Shown one piece after another: positions 1 to 7,772 of a DNA stretch of 64,000 bases; the stretch's first letter is position 1; each line of letters starts with the position of its first letter. The translations under genes were made by a program, and so were the position numbers. This DNA comes from Candidatus Nomurabacteria bacterium (lineage in GTDB: Bacteria > Patescibacteriota > Minisyncoccia > Phycocordibacterales > UBA9973), in the NCBI GenBank assembly GCA_023267215.1, contig JAHFNS010000002.1, positions 192,892 to 256,891 on the forward strand. The letters are read 5' to 3'. The notes under the pieces are model-generated. The model saw nothing but the letters and a program-made list of their open reading frames with translations. It searched no databases and was not told the DNA's origin.

Positions 1-50
1 TTAATTATTAAAATGTTTTCTCGTCGTTTTTTCATAAACTAACTATATAT

Positions 51-1343
51 TTATTTCAAGAAATTCTTATTTCTCAATTTCTTATGATAAGCAATAGCAA
101 AACGATGTGCCTCACTATTTGCTAACAGAATTTCTTTTTTGTATTTTTTTCCAAACGCCAGGCTTTGGGCGCTCTTAAAGCCTGGCGTTGAAGAGGAGGA
201 AAGAATAGCCTTTGCTTTGTGCCGATCATCTTTTAAGACAGAAAGAACCTCTATTTTTAAGCCCATTTTAGCCAAAACAGCCTTAGCTGTATTAATTTGG
301 GCTATTCCCCCATCTACAACGATAAGCCTTGGATATGACCATTCAGGGTGTAATAGACGCCTTTCTAGGACTTCTTTTAAAGCACCAGTGTCATTTGCAT
401 CGGTTTGAGTTCTGATTTTAAATTTCTTATATTCACTTTTTATTACTTCTCCATTTTCTACAACTACCATTACTCCAACCATATTTTTACCAGACATGTG
501 GGCTATATCGTATGCCTCAATGCGTGTTTCTCCTCCTTGTTGAGGAGGAGTGCCCTTTAGGGCGAGATGGTGATTTTTAGAATTATCACCCGGAACCCCC
601 TCTTCCACGAGAAGGGGAGCAAAAGAAGAATCTTGTTTTATCAAAGCCACATCATTAATATGTTGCAATGCAAAAAGTTGTCTTTTTATTTCCCCAGCTT
701 TTTCAAATTCTTTAACTTTCGCATACTCTTTCATTTCTTTTTTCAAATTACTCAAAATCTTTTTCTTCTTACCCAGAAAAAGCAACCTAATATTTTTGAT
801 ATTGTTTTTATTCTCTACTAAATATTCTGGCACTAATTTTATTTGTTTATAAAATTCATCTCTACCTTTTGTGCCTTTTTTATCATCAAAATAAGGAAAA
901 ATTTTCCTTACAATTTTCAAAGCCTCACGTAATTGATTACCATTTGGAAAAGGACCAAAGAAAGAATCATATTTTTCTTTGTTAAGTATCTTTCCTCGCA
1001 CTATGGCAACCTTTTTATCTTTGGTGATGCAAACATAATTAAAACTTTTATCAGATTTTTCTTTAGTATTATATTTAGGCTGATATTTTTTAATCAAAGA
1101 TGCTTCTAAAATAAGTGCTTCAAGCACACTATCCGTAACAACCCATTTTATTTTTTCTGCTTTAAAAATTAAATCTACTAAAAGAGGACCTCTGGTCTCT
1201 ATGAGATCTTTTCCAAAATAACTTTTGACCCTATCTTTAAGAGAAGTTGCCTTACCAATATATAAAATTTCTTTTCCTTTCTTAAAAAAGTAAACTCCGG
1301 GTTTATTTGGTAATTTTATTTTTTTTAGATATGAAATTTTCAT
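51..1343 (-). CDS. uvrC: Excinuclease ABC subunit C (UvrC), short form with an in-frame inserted hairpin element
   Basis: N-terminal GIY-YIG motif (GVYFFKKGKEILYIGKA...SYF). Endonuclease-domain motif ...IEAYDIAHMSG...V.VVV.NG. Directly downstream of uvrA and uvrB on the same strand. 430 aa, shorter than canonical UvrC. Confidence 0.85.
   Translation of the reverse strand: MKISYLKKIKLPNKPGVYFFKKGKEILYIGKATSLKDRVKSYFGKDLIETRGPLLVDLIFKAEKIKWVVTDSVLEALILEASLIKKYQPKYNTKEKSDKSFNYVCITKDKKVAIVRGKILNKEKYDSFFGPFPNGNQLREALKIVRKIFPYFDDKKGTKGRDEFYKQIKLVPEYLVENKNNIKNIRLLFLGKKKKILSNLKKEMKEYAKVKEFEKAGEIKRQLFALQHINDVALIKQDSSFAPLLVEEGVPGDNSKNHHLALKGTPPQQGGETRIEAYDIAHMSGKNMVGVMVVVENGEVIKSEYKKFKIRTQTDANDTGALKEVLERRLLHPEWSYPRLIVVDGGIAQINTAKAVLAKMGLKIEVLSVLKDDRHKAKAILSSSSTPGFKSAQSLAFGKKYKKEILLANSEAHRFAIAYHKKLRNKNFLK
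529..621. repeat. ~95-nt two-hairpin composite element in-frame in uvrC; homologous copy at 60729-60820 in murI
   Basis: About 80 percent nucleotide identity between the two copies. Both encode PLLVEEG..G...KNHLALKGTPPQ.GGE in the gene's reading frame. Confidence 0.8.
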
Positions 1344-1348
1344 GAGAA

Positions 1349-3973
1349 TTATTTTCGTAAAGCCTTTTTAAGATATTTACCTGTATAACTCTTACTATTG
1401 TTGGCTATATCTTCAGGTGTACCTTTTGCAACAAGATTGCCACCATTTGCTCCTCCTTCGGGACCAATATCTATAACATAATCCGAATTTTTAATAACAT
1501 CAAGGTTGTGCTCAATTAAAACAACTGTGTTTCCTTTTGAAACAAGTTTATTTAATACTTCTAAAAGTTTCACCACATCATCATAATGAAGCCCTACTGT
1601 TGGTTCATCAAGAAGATAAATAGTTTTTTCTAAGTGTGGACGATAAAGTTCACTAGAAATTTTTACACGCTGTGCTTCTCCCCCAGAAAGAGTTGTGGCG
1701 GATTGACCAAGTTCTAGATATCCTAAACCTACTCCCATAAGTGTATACAAGCGATCATAAATTGCAGGAATATCTTTAAAAAAGATTAACCCTTCTTCAA
1801 CTGTCATATGAAGTACTTCATAAATATTTTTTTTCTTATATTTTATGGTTAGTGTTTCTTTGTCAAAACGTTTACCATTACAAACGTCACAAGTAACATA
1901 AACTGTAGGTAAAAAATGCATTTCCACCGCAATTTGACCATTTCCCTCACAAGCTTCACAGCGTCCACCTTTTACGTTGAAAGAAAAACGGTTTGATTTC
2001 CATCCACGCAAACGTGCTTCTTCTGTTGTAGCAAATAAATCACGAATATGTGTAAATGCACCAGTATAAGTAGCTAGGTTAGAACGTGGAGTTCTACCAA
2101 TTGGAGATTGATCAATGAGAATTGCACGAGACAAATATTCAGTACCAGAAAAAGAAGAACAATTAAAAACTTTAGCTGTGCGATATTTTCTTTCATAATG
2201 AGCTTGAAGATTTTTATACAAAATCTCATACATAAAAGAACTTTTACCAGAACCAGATACTCCTGTTATAGAAGTCATCACCCCAAGGGGAACTTCAACA
2301 TTTAAATTTTTTATATTAAAAACTTTTCCACCAGCTATACGTAATACGCCTTTACTTTCACGACGTTTTTCTGGAATAGTAATTTTTTCTTCTTCACGTA
2401 AATAAGCAAGAGTTCTGGAATTACTTACATTTTTCTTTGCAGTTAATAATTCTTCCAACCATCCTGAAACAACAACTTTACCACCATGCACTCCAGCCTT
2501 AGGTCCAATATCTACTATATAATCAGACGCATAAATAGTGTCTTCATCATGTTCTACTATTATGATGGTATTACCTAAATCCCGTAGATTTTCCAACGTT
2601 TTTATCAAACGATCATTATCACGTTGGTGTAATCCTATGGTTGGTTCATCTAGCACATAGAGTGCACCAACCAATCTAGAACCAAGTTGTGATGCTAATC
2701 TTATACGCTGAGCTTCCCCACCAGACAAAGTATTTGCTTTACGGGAAAGTTGTAAATAATCAAGTCCCACATCTAACATAAATTGAAGTCGGGCTTCTAT
2801 TTCACGAACTACTGGAAGAGAAATTTCTTTTTCTTGATCTGAAAGTTTTAGTGTTTTGAAAAATTCTGCAGCTTCTTCTATTGAAAAAGTTGAAAGTTCT
2901 AAAATATTTACCCTTCCAGAAGCCGGGCTTTGGTGTCCCTTAAAGCCCGGCTTCGGAGAAGACAAAAAAACATTCAACGCTTCAGGTCGAAGTCTTGCTC
3001 CATGACATGCATCACAAGGTTCTTCCCCAAGAAAATATTTTGAACCTAATCCATGACAAACTTCACAAGCTCCATATGGAGAGTTAAAAGAGAAAAGTCT
3101 TGGCTCTATTTCAGGAAAAGAAAAACCATCGTTCTTACATGCAAATTTTGATGACATTACAAATTCCTCCTCACCAATTTTTATAGTAACAAGTCCTGCT
3201 GATTCTAAAAGAGCTCGTTCTAGTGCTTCAGCTAGTCTTGTACGACTTTCATCTTTTTTACTGAAAAACTCATGAACAGCAAAATGATCAACTAAAATAT
3301 CAATATTATGTGCTTTATTTTTAGATAAAATTATTTGCTCACGTAATTTTTTCATATCTCCATCTAAACGTATTTCAGAAAATCCTTTACCAAGTAAATC
3401 ATAAAGTAGTTGATAATATTCTCCTTTACGTCCGCGAACAACTGGAGAAAAAATATTAATTTCAGTTTCATTCCATTCTACTCCCATCACAGACCTTTTA
3501 TTTTTTTTAGTTTTACTAATTGTTTGTATTTTACCCAAAACAAAATTTAGAATTTCTTCATTAGAAAGTTTTTTAATTTCTTCACCACAATTAGGACAAT
3601 GTGGATGACCAATACGTGCATACATTACTCTTAAGTAATCATATATTTCGGTAATAGTTGCAACTGTTGAACGTGGGTTATTAGAACGAGACTTTTGATC
3701 AATGGAAATAGCTGGAGAAAGACCTGTTATCTCATCGATGTCTGGTTTCGGCATTTGATTTAAAAATTGTCTTGCATAAGAAGAGAGTGATTCTACATAC
3801 CTTCTTTGTCCCTCAGCAAAAATGGTATCAAAAGCAAGTGATGATTTCCCAGAGCCAGAAACACCAGTAATGACAACCATGCTATTACGTGGCATTTCTA
3901 CACTTATATTCTTTAAATTATGGGTTCTCGCCCCTTTTATTGTTATTTTATCTATGTTTTTATCTATTTTCAT
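1349..3973 (-). CDS. uvrA: Excinuclease ABC subunit A (UvrA)
   Basis: Two ABC ATPase modules with Walker A (GVSGSGKSS twice), LSGGE signature motifs and zinc-finger Cys pairs. 874 aa. Confidence 0.95.
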   Translation of the reverse strand: MKIDKNIDKITIKGARTHNLKNISVEMPRNSMVVITGVSGSGKSSLAFDTIFAEGQRRYVESLSSYARQFLNQMPKPDIDEITGLSPAISIDQKSRSNNPRSTVATITEIYDYLRVMYARIGHPHCPNCGEEIKKLSNEEILNFVLGKIQTISKTKKNKRSVMGVEWNETEINIFSPVVRGRKGEYYQLLYDLLGKGFSEIRLDGDMKKLREQIILSKNKAHNIDILVDHFAVHEFFSKKDESRTRLAEALERALLESAGLVTIKIGEEEFVMSSKFACKNDGFSFPEIEPRLFSFNSPYGACEVCHGLGSKYFLGEEPCDACHGARLRPEALNVFLSSPKPGFKGHQSPASGRVNILELSTFSIEEAAEFFKTLKLSDQEKEISLPVVREIEARLQFMLDVGLDYLQLSRKANTLSGGEAQRIRLASQLGSRLVGALYVLDEPTIGLHQRDNDRLIKTLENLRDLGNTIIIVEHDEDTIYASDYIVDIGPKAGVHGGKVVVSGWLEELLTAKKNVSNSRTLAYLREEEKITIPEKRRESKGVLRIAGGKVFNIKNLNVEVPLGVMTSITGVSGSGKSSFMYEILYKNLQAHYERKYRTAKVFNCSSFSGTEYLSRAILIDQSPIGRTPRSNLATYTGAFTHIRDLFATTEEARLRGWKSNRFSFNVKGGRCEACEGNGQIAVEMHFLPTVYVTCDVCNGKRFDKETLTIKYKKKNIYEVLHMTVEEGLIFFKDIPAIYDRLYTLMGVGLGYLELGQSATTLSGGEAQRVKISSELYRPHLEKTIYLLDEPTVGLHYDDVVKLLEVLNKLVSKGNTVVLIEHNLDVIKNSDYVIDIGPEGGANGGNLVAKGTPEDIANNSKSYTGKYLKKALRK
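2915..2958. repeat. Family-1 hairpin element (GAAGCCGGGCTTT...AAAGCCCGGCTTC) in-frame in uvrA
   Basis: Inverted repeat read directly. Encodes [17 protein letters not shown] in UvrA. Other copies at 157-188 (uvrC), 5267-5330 and 5675-5710 (uvrB), 26002-26049 (jag), 56987-57030 (intergenic). Confidence 0.75.
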
Positions 3974-4080
3974 ATATCTATATTTAAGCTTATAACGAAA
4001 CTACACCCAACCTTGTTCTTAGGGGGTGTCTATCAATATTTAGTTACTTTTAATATACCAGAAAGAGAATATTTTACAAA

Positions 4081-6375
4081 CTATTTTTCTGACCTTTCTT
4101 TTAGAACAATTATTTCATCGCGTAAAATTGCAGCTGTTTCAAAATCTAATTCTTTCACTGCTTTATTCATTTCACGCTCTTTAATTTTAATTATTTTATC
4201 ATAAACAACTTTATTACGTTCTTCGTCTGAAAGCATTGTATTTTTTATTGAATCCGACTCATTTTTTCCTTTATTGCTTTTTTCTTTTTTAAATGCTTTT
4301 TTGAATAACTCAATATCAAGTGACAGTTCAGTATTCACAGCTTTCCCATGTTCACTTTCCATTTCTTGTGTGATGTCTTTAATATTTTTTATTATTGTTT
4401 TTGGAGTAATACCATTTTCTTTATTATAAGCAAGCTGAATATTTCTACGACGAGTTGTTTCTCCTATCGCTCTATCCATAGAACCAGTCATTGTGTCGGC
4501 ATAAAGAATAACCTTACCTTCACTATTACGAGCAGCACGGCCAATGGTCTGAATCAAAGCTGTTTCTGAACGCAAAAACCCTTCTTTATCGGCATCTAAT
4601 ATACCAATCAAGGCTACTTCTGGTAAATCTAATCCTTCCCTTAGTAAGTTTACTCCAACCAATACATCAAACTCTCCTCTTCTAAATTGAGTAAGAATTT
4701 TTATTCTATCTATTGTTTTAATATCACTATGAAGATATTCAGCTTTAATCTTTTTGTCTTTTAAATAAAGAGATAGATCCTCTGCCATTTTTTTTGTTAG
4801 TGTTGTCGCTAAAACACGGAAACCTTTCTTGATTGTTTTCTCTGCTTCTTTTATAAAATCCTGAATCTGCCCGGGATAGTACTCAGAGGAGTATTCGCTA
4901 CGACCAGATAAAACTTGCCCTTCCAAGATAGAGTGCGAACGACGGCGAGCACTATCCCGGGCAGATTCTTCCGAGACAGGCCTTACTGAAATTTCTGGAT
5001 CTACAAGACCAGTCGGGCGAATTATTTGTTCTACCATTTGTTCGCTTTGAGTACGTTCTTGTTCACTAGGCGTTGCGCTAGTATAAACAACAGGACCAAT
5101 CTTTTCACTAAATTCTTCATATTTTAAAGGCCTATTATCCTTTGCTGAAGGTAGACGAAAACCATATTCCACAAGGGTATTTTTACGAGAAGCATCGCCT
5201 GCATACATACCCTGCAATTGTGGTAAGGTTACATGTGATTCATCAATAATTGTTAAAAAGTCTGGTCCCCCCGAAGCTGGGCTTAAGGACTTCTGTTTTT
5301 TATTACCTGCCCCTAAGCCCAGCTTCGGGGAAACGGGAAAGTAAGAAAGCAATGTCTCTGGTGGTTCACCTTCTTTTTTATCTGATAAATGTCTAGAATA
5401 ATTTTCTATGCCATTACAATATCCAACTTCTTTTATCATCGCCAAATCATAGTTAGTTCTTCTCTTTATACGCTCTGCTTCCAATAATTTTCCTTCTTTT
5501 TCAAATTTCTTTAATTGTTTGTTTAATTCTTTTTTTATTTCTACTAATGCTTTTTTCTTTTTTACATCTTCGGTAATAAAATGTTTAGCTGGAAAAATAA
5601 AAATGTCTTTTTTTTCTTCAATTATTTGGGAAGAAATTGGATCAATTTTTTTTATTTCACTCAAAACCGAATTTAAAGCTGGGCTTTGGGGATTCTTAAA
5701 GCCCAGCTTTTGAATACCAAATTCTATTTGATACATCATTGTTTCAGAAACTGGCATAAATTCTACCCTAGAACCAATAGAACGAAAGGTCCCTGGGGTT
5801 AAATCAACATTCGTACGTTCAAAATGAATCGCAATTAACTTTTTCATTAAAGTCATCCTATCCATTTTCATTCCAACCTTTAACTTCAAATTAACCTTTT
5901 CATATTCTTCTGGTGAACCTAAACCATAAATACAAGAAACAGATGCAACAATTATCACATCACGTCTAGTAAGTAGGGCTTGTGTGGTAGCGTGACGCAA
6001 GCGGTCTATCTCTTTATTTATCTGTGCATCTTTTTCTATATAAGTATCTGATGCAGGCATATATGCTTCCGGCTGATAATAATCATAATAAGAAACAAAA
6101 TAATGCACAGCAGCTTCTGGAAAAAATTCTCGAAATTCTGAAGCAAGTTGTGCAGCTAGGGTTTTATTATGAGCTATTACAAGTGTTGGTTTATTATATT
6201 TTGCTATTACATTAGCAACAGTAAAAGTCTTACCCGTGCCTGTAGCGCCGATCAATGTCTGCTTATTCATTCCCTTCTTAAGTCCTTCTAAAAGCTTTAA
6301 AATAGCCTTCGGTTGGTCTCCTGCGGGCTTAAAAGGACTATGTAATTTAAAAATACTCCCTTGATTTTCTACCAT
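4081..6375 (-). CDS. uvrB: Excinuclease ABC subunit B (UvrB), enlarged by three in-frame hairpin insertions
   Basis: Helicase motif I GATGTGKTFT. YYDYYQPEAY beta-hairpin region. C-terminal UvrB/UvrC interaction motif. 764 aa versus ~660 typical. Confidence 0.95.
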   Translation of the reverse strand: MVENQGSIFKLHSPFKPAGDQPKAILKLLEGLKKGMNKQTLIGATGTGKTFTVANVIAKYNKPTLVIAHNKTLAAQLASEFREFFPEAAVHYFVSYYDYYQPEAYMPASDTYIEKDAQINKEIDRLRHATTQALLTRRDVIIVASVSCIYGLGSPEEYEKVNLKLKVGMKMDRMTLMKKLIAIHFERTNVDLTPGTFRSIGSRVEFMPVSETMMYQIEFGIQKLGFKNPQSPALNSVLSEIKKIDPISSQIIEEKKDIFIFPAKHFITEDVKKKKALVEIKKELNKQLKKFEKEGKLLEAERIKRRTNYDLAMIKEVGYCNGIENYSRHLSDKKEGEPPETLLSYFPVSPKLGLGAGNKKQKSLSPASGGPDFLTIIDESHVTLPQLQGMYAGDASRKNTLVEYGFRLPSAKDNRPLKYEEFSEKIGPVVYTSATPSEQERTQSEQMVEQIIRPTGLVDPEISVRPVSEESARDSARRRSHSILEGQVLSGRSEYSSEYYPGQIQDFIKEAEKTIKKGFRVLATTLTKKMAEDLSLYLKDKKIKAEYLHSDIKTIDRIKILTQFRRGEFDVLVGVNLLREGLDLPEVALIGILDADKEGFLRSETALIQTIGRAARNSEGKVILYADTMTGSMDRAIGETTRRRNIQLAYNKENGITPKTIIKNIKDITQEMESEHGKAVNTELSLDIELFKKAFKKEKSNKGKNESDSIKNTMLSDEERNKVVYDKIIKIKEREMNKAVKELDFETAAILRDEIIVLKERSEK
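4866..4966. repeat. ~100-nt MITE-like element with 19-bp terminal inverted repeats (TCTGCCCGGGATAGTACTC / GAGCACTATCCCGGGCAGA) inserted in-frame in uvrB
   Basis: Inverted repeat read directly. Encodes VRPVSEESARDSARRRSHSILEGQVLSGRSEYSSEYYPGQI. The CCCGGGATAG segment resembles the family-2 core. Confidence 0.7.
5267..5330. repeat. Family-1 hairpin element with 20-bp arms (CCCCGAAGCTGGGCTTAAGG / CCTAAGCCCAGCTTCGGGG) in-frame in uvrB
   Basis: Seen in sequence. Encodes PKLGLGAGNKKQKSLSPASGGP. Confidence 0.8.
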
Positions 6376-6398
6376 ATTTGCTATATTATCACATATAC

Positions 6399-6471
6399 GC
6401 GCCCGTAGCTCAGCTGGTAGAGCAGATCCCTTTTAAGGATAAGGTCCTCGGTTCGATCCCGAGCGGGCGCA
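6399..6471 (+). tRNA. tRNA-Lys (anticodon TTT)
   Basis: Cloverleaf: acceptor GCGCCCG/CGGGCGC, D-arm GCTCAGCTGGTAGAGC, anticodon loop CTTTTAA, T-arm GGTTCGATCC. Confidence 0.9.
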
Positions 6472-6565
6472 CAACGTTAAGAAAAATTTGCACTTCTGCA
6501 GATTTTTTAGTTGTGCGAGCCGCAGCCTTAATTTTTCAGTAGAAAAATGGGCGAGGCAGGGTCGT

Positions 6566-6596
6566 GAAAATTTTGTTTTGACGAAAACAAAATTAT
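6566..6596. terminator. Bidirectional intrinsic terminator hairpin (TTTTGTTTT / AAAACAAAA) flanked by A and T runs
   Basis: Perfect 9-bp stem with A-tract before and T-tract after. Sits between tRNA-Lys and the 3' end of the minus-strand holA-like gene. Confidence 0.5.
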
Positions 6597-6609
6597 TCCT
6601 GACCACATT

Positions 6610-7257
6610 TTAAAAAATTTCAAGTAAAAACTGCTCAAAGACAGCTTCGGCATCTTTTCCTTCCTTGCGGGCTTCGGGTAATAGGTATGAGAGTTTGGCT
6701 GTAAAATTTCTAAGTTCTTCTTCTTTAAATTTACTAAAATTTTTTTTAAGCATCATGTCTTTGGCCTTCCAAAAGAGAACACCGACTAGTTCTTCCATCC
6801 CGACACCGACATCTATCGCTTGTCTGTAGTGTATCCATAAATTTAATTTATCTTTTTTTTCAAAATCATAAGCTAGCAAAAAATTATCATATTTTTCCTT
6901 TTTTTCTTTTGATAGTTCAAAAACATTAAGTTCTGCTCTAGCTTTTTTAAATGCATCTAAAATCGGCTTGTTTAATCTACCTTCTATAAAAACGAAATCA
7001 TTCTCCGAATCTCCCATTAAACTCAATTTTTCTAAGACAAAAGAGAGCGTTTCTTCTTTCTCAAAAATATTTGTGAAGACGACAACACATTTAGTAAAAA
7101 ATAATCCTGCTCCAGAATAAAAACTCTCTACTTCCATTGGGTTAAAATCATTTTTGCCAATAAAAAAAGTCTCCGTACCGAGAGGTATGGATTTTATGAA
7201 TTTTTCATAAACTCTATGTTTGTTTTTAGTATCATCGCCACAAAAAAGATAAATCAT
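6610..7257 (-). CDS. holA: DNA polymerase III delta subunit-like protein (HolA-like)
   Basis: N-terminus MIYLFCGDD resembles the HolA start M.YLL.G.D. Size and context next to polA. Weak family-level call. Confidence 0.45.
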   Translation of the reverse strand: MIYLFCGDDTKNKHRVYEKFIKSIPLGTETFFIGKNDFNPMEVESFYSGAGLFFTKCVVVFTNIFEKEETLSFVLEKLSLMGDSENDFVFIEGRLNKPILDAFKKARAELNVFELSKEKKEKYDNFLLAYDFEKKDKLNLWIHYRQAIDVGVGMEELVGVLFWKAKDMMLKKNFSKFKEEELRNFTAKLSYLLPEARKEGKDAEAVFEQFLLEIF

Positions 7258-7258
7258 A

Positions 7259-7747
7259 TTAAAATTTGACTGATTCTTTGTATTCTAAATAAGGAGTGCC
7301 ATATTTTTCTGCGAGAATTTGCTCTTCTTTTTTTATAAATACAAATTTAGTAATGAAAAAAGAAAGTACTGAAAAAATAATTATAAACAAAGCGTTGGCC
7401 ATAATTCCAAAACCGAGCATCAAGAAGAAAAGTCCAAGATGTGTTGGACTTCTAGTATAACGATAAGGTCCACGCAAAAATGTCTCTTTAGTCATATTTT
7501 CTTTTTGTAATTTAAGAGAAGATTTCTGTGCCCAAACTATCAAGAATGTACCAAAAATTAAAAATATAATCCCAATCAAGGCCATAGTGACTCTTTCAAA
7601 AATTTCGATTGGAAACATAAAATCTAAAAAAAGTGCAATCAAAAAAGAAACAAAATAAAAAAGGTATGAGTATGCTAAAACCTTATGCACTCTGTTTTTA
7701 TGAAGATTTTTACTTCCGAATTGTTCTCCTCCTGGCTCCATTTGCAT
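7259..7747 (-). CDS. Membrane methyltransferase of the isoprenylcysteine carboxyl methyltransferase / phospholipid methyltransferase family
   Basis: Multi-TM protein. C-terminal motif RGPYRYTRSPTHLGLFFLMLGF typical of the ICMT/PEMT family. Confidence 0.6.
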   Translation of the reverse strand: MQMEPGGEQFGSKNLHKNRVHKVLAYSYLFYFVSFLIALFLDFMFPIEIFERVTMALIGIIFLIFGTFLIVWAQKSSLKLQKENMTKETFLRGPYRYTRSPTHLGLFFLMLGFGIMANALFIIIFSVLSFFITKFVFIKKEEQILAEKYGTPYLEYKESVKF

Positions 7748-7772
7748 TTTGTAATTATATCACAAAAATATA

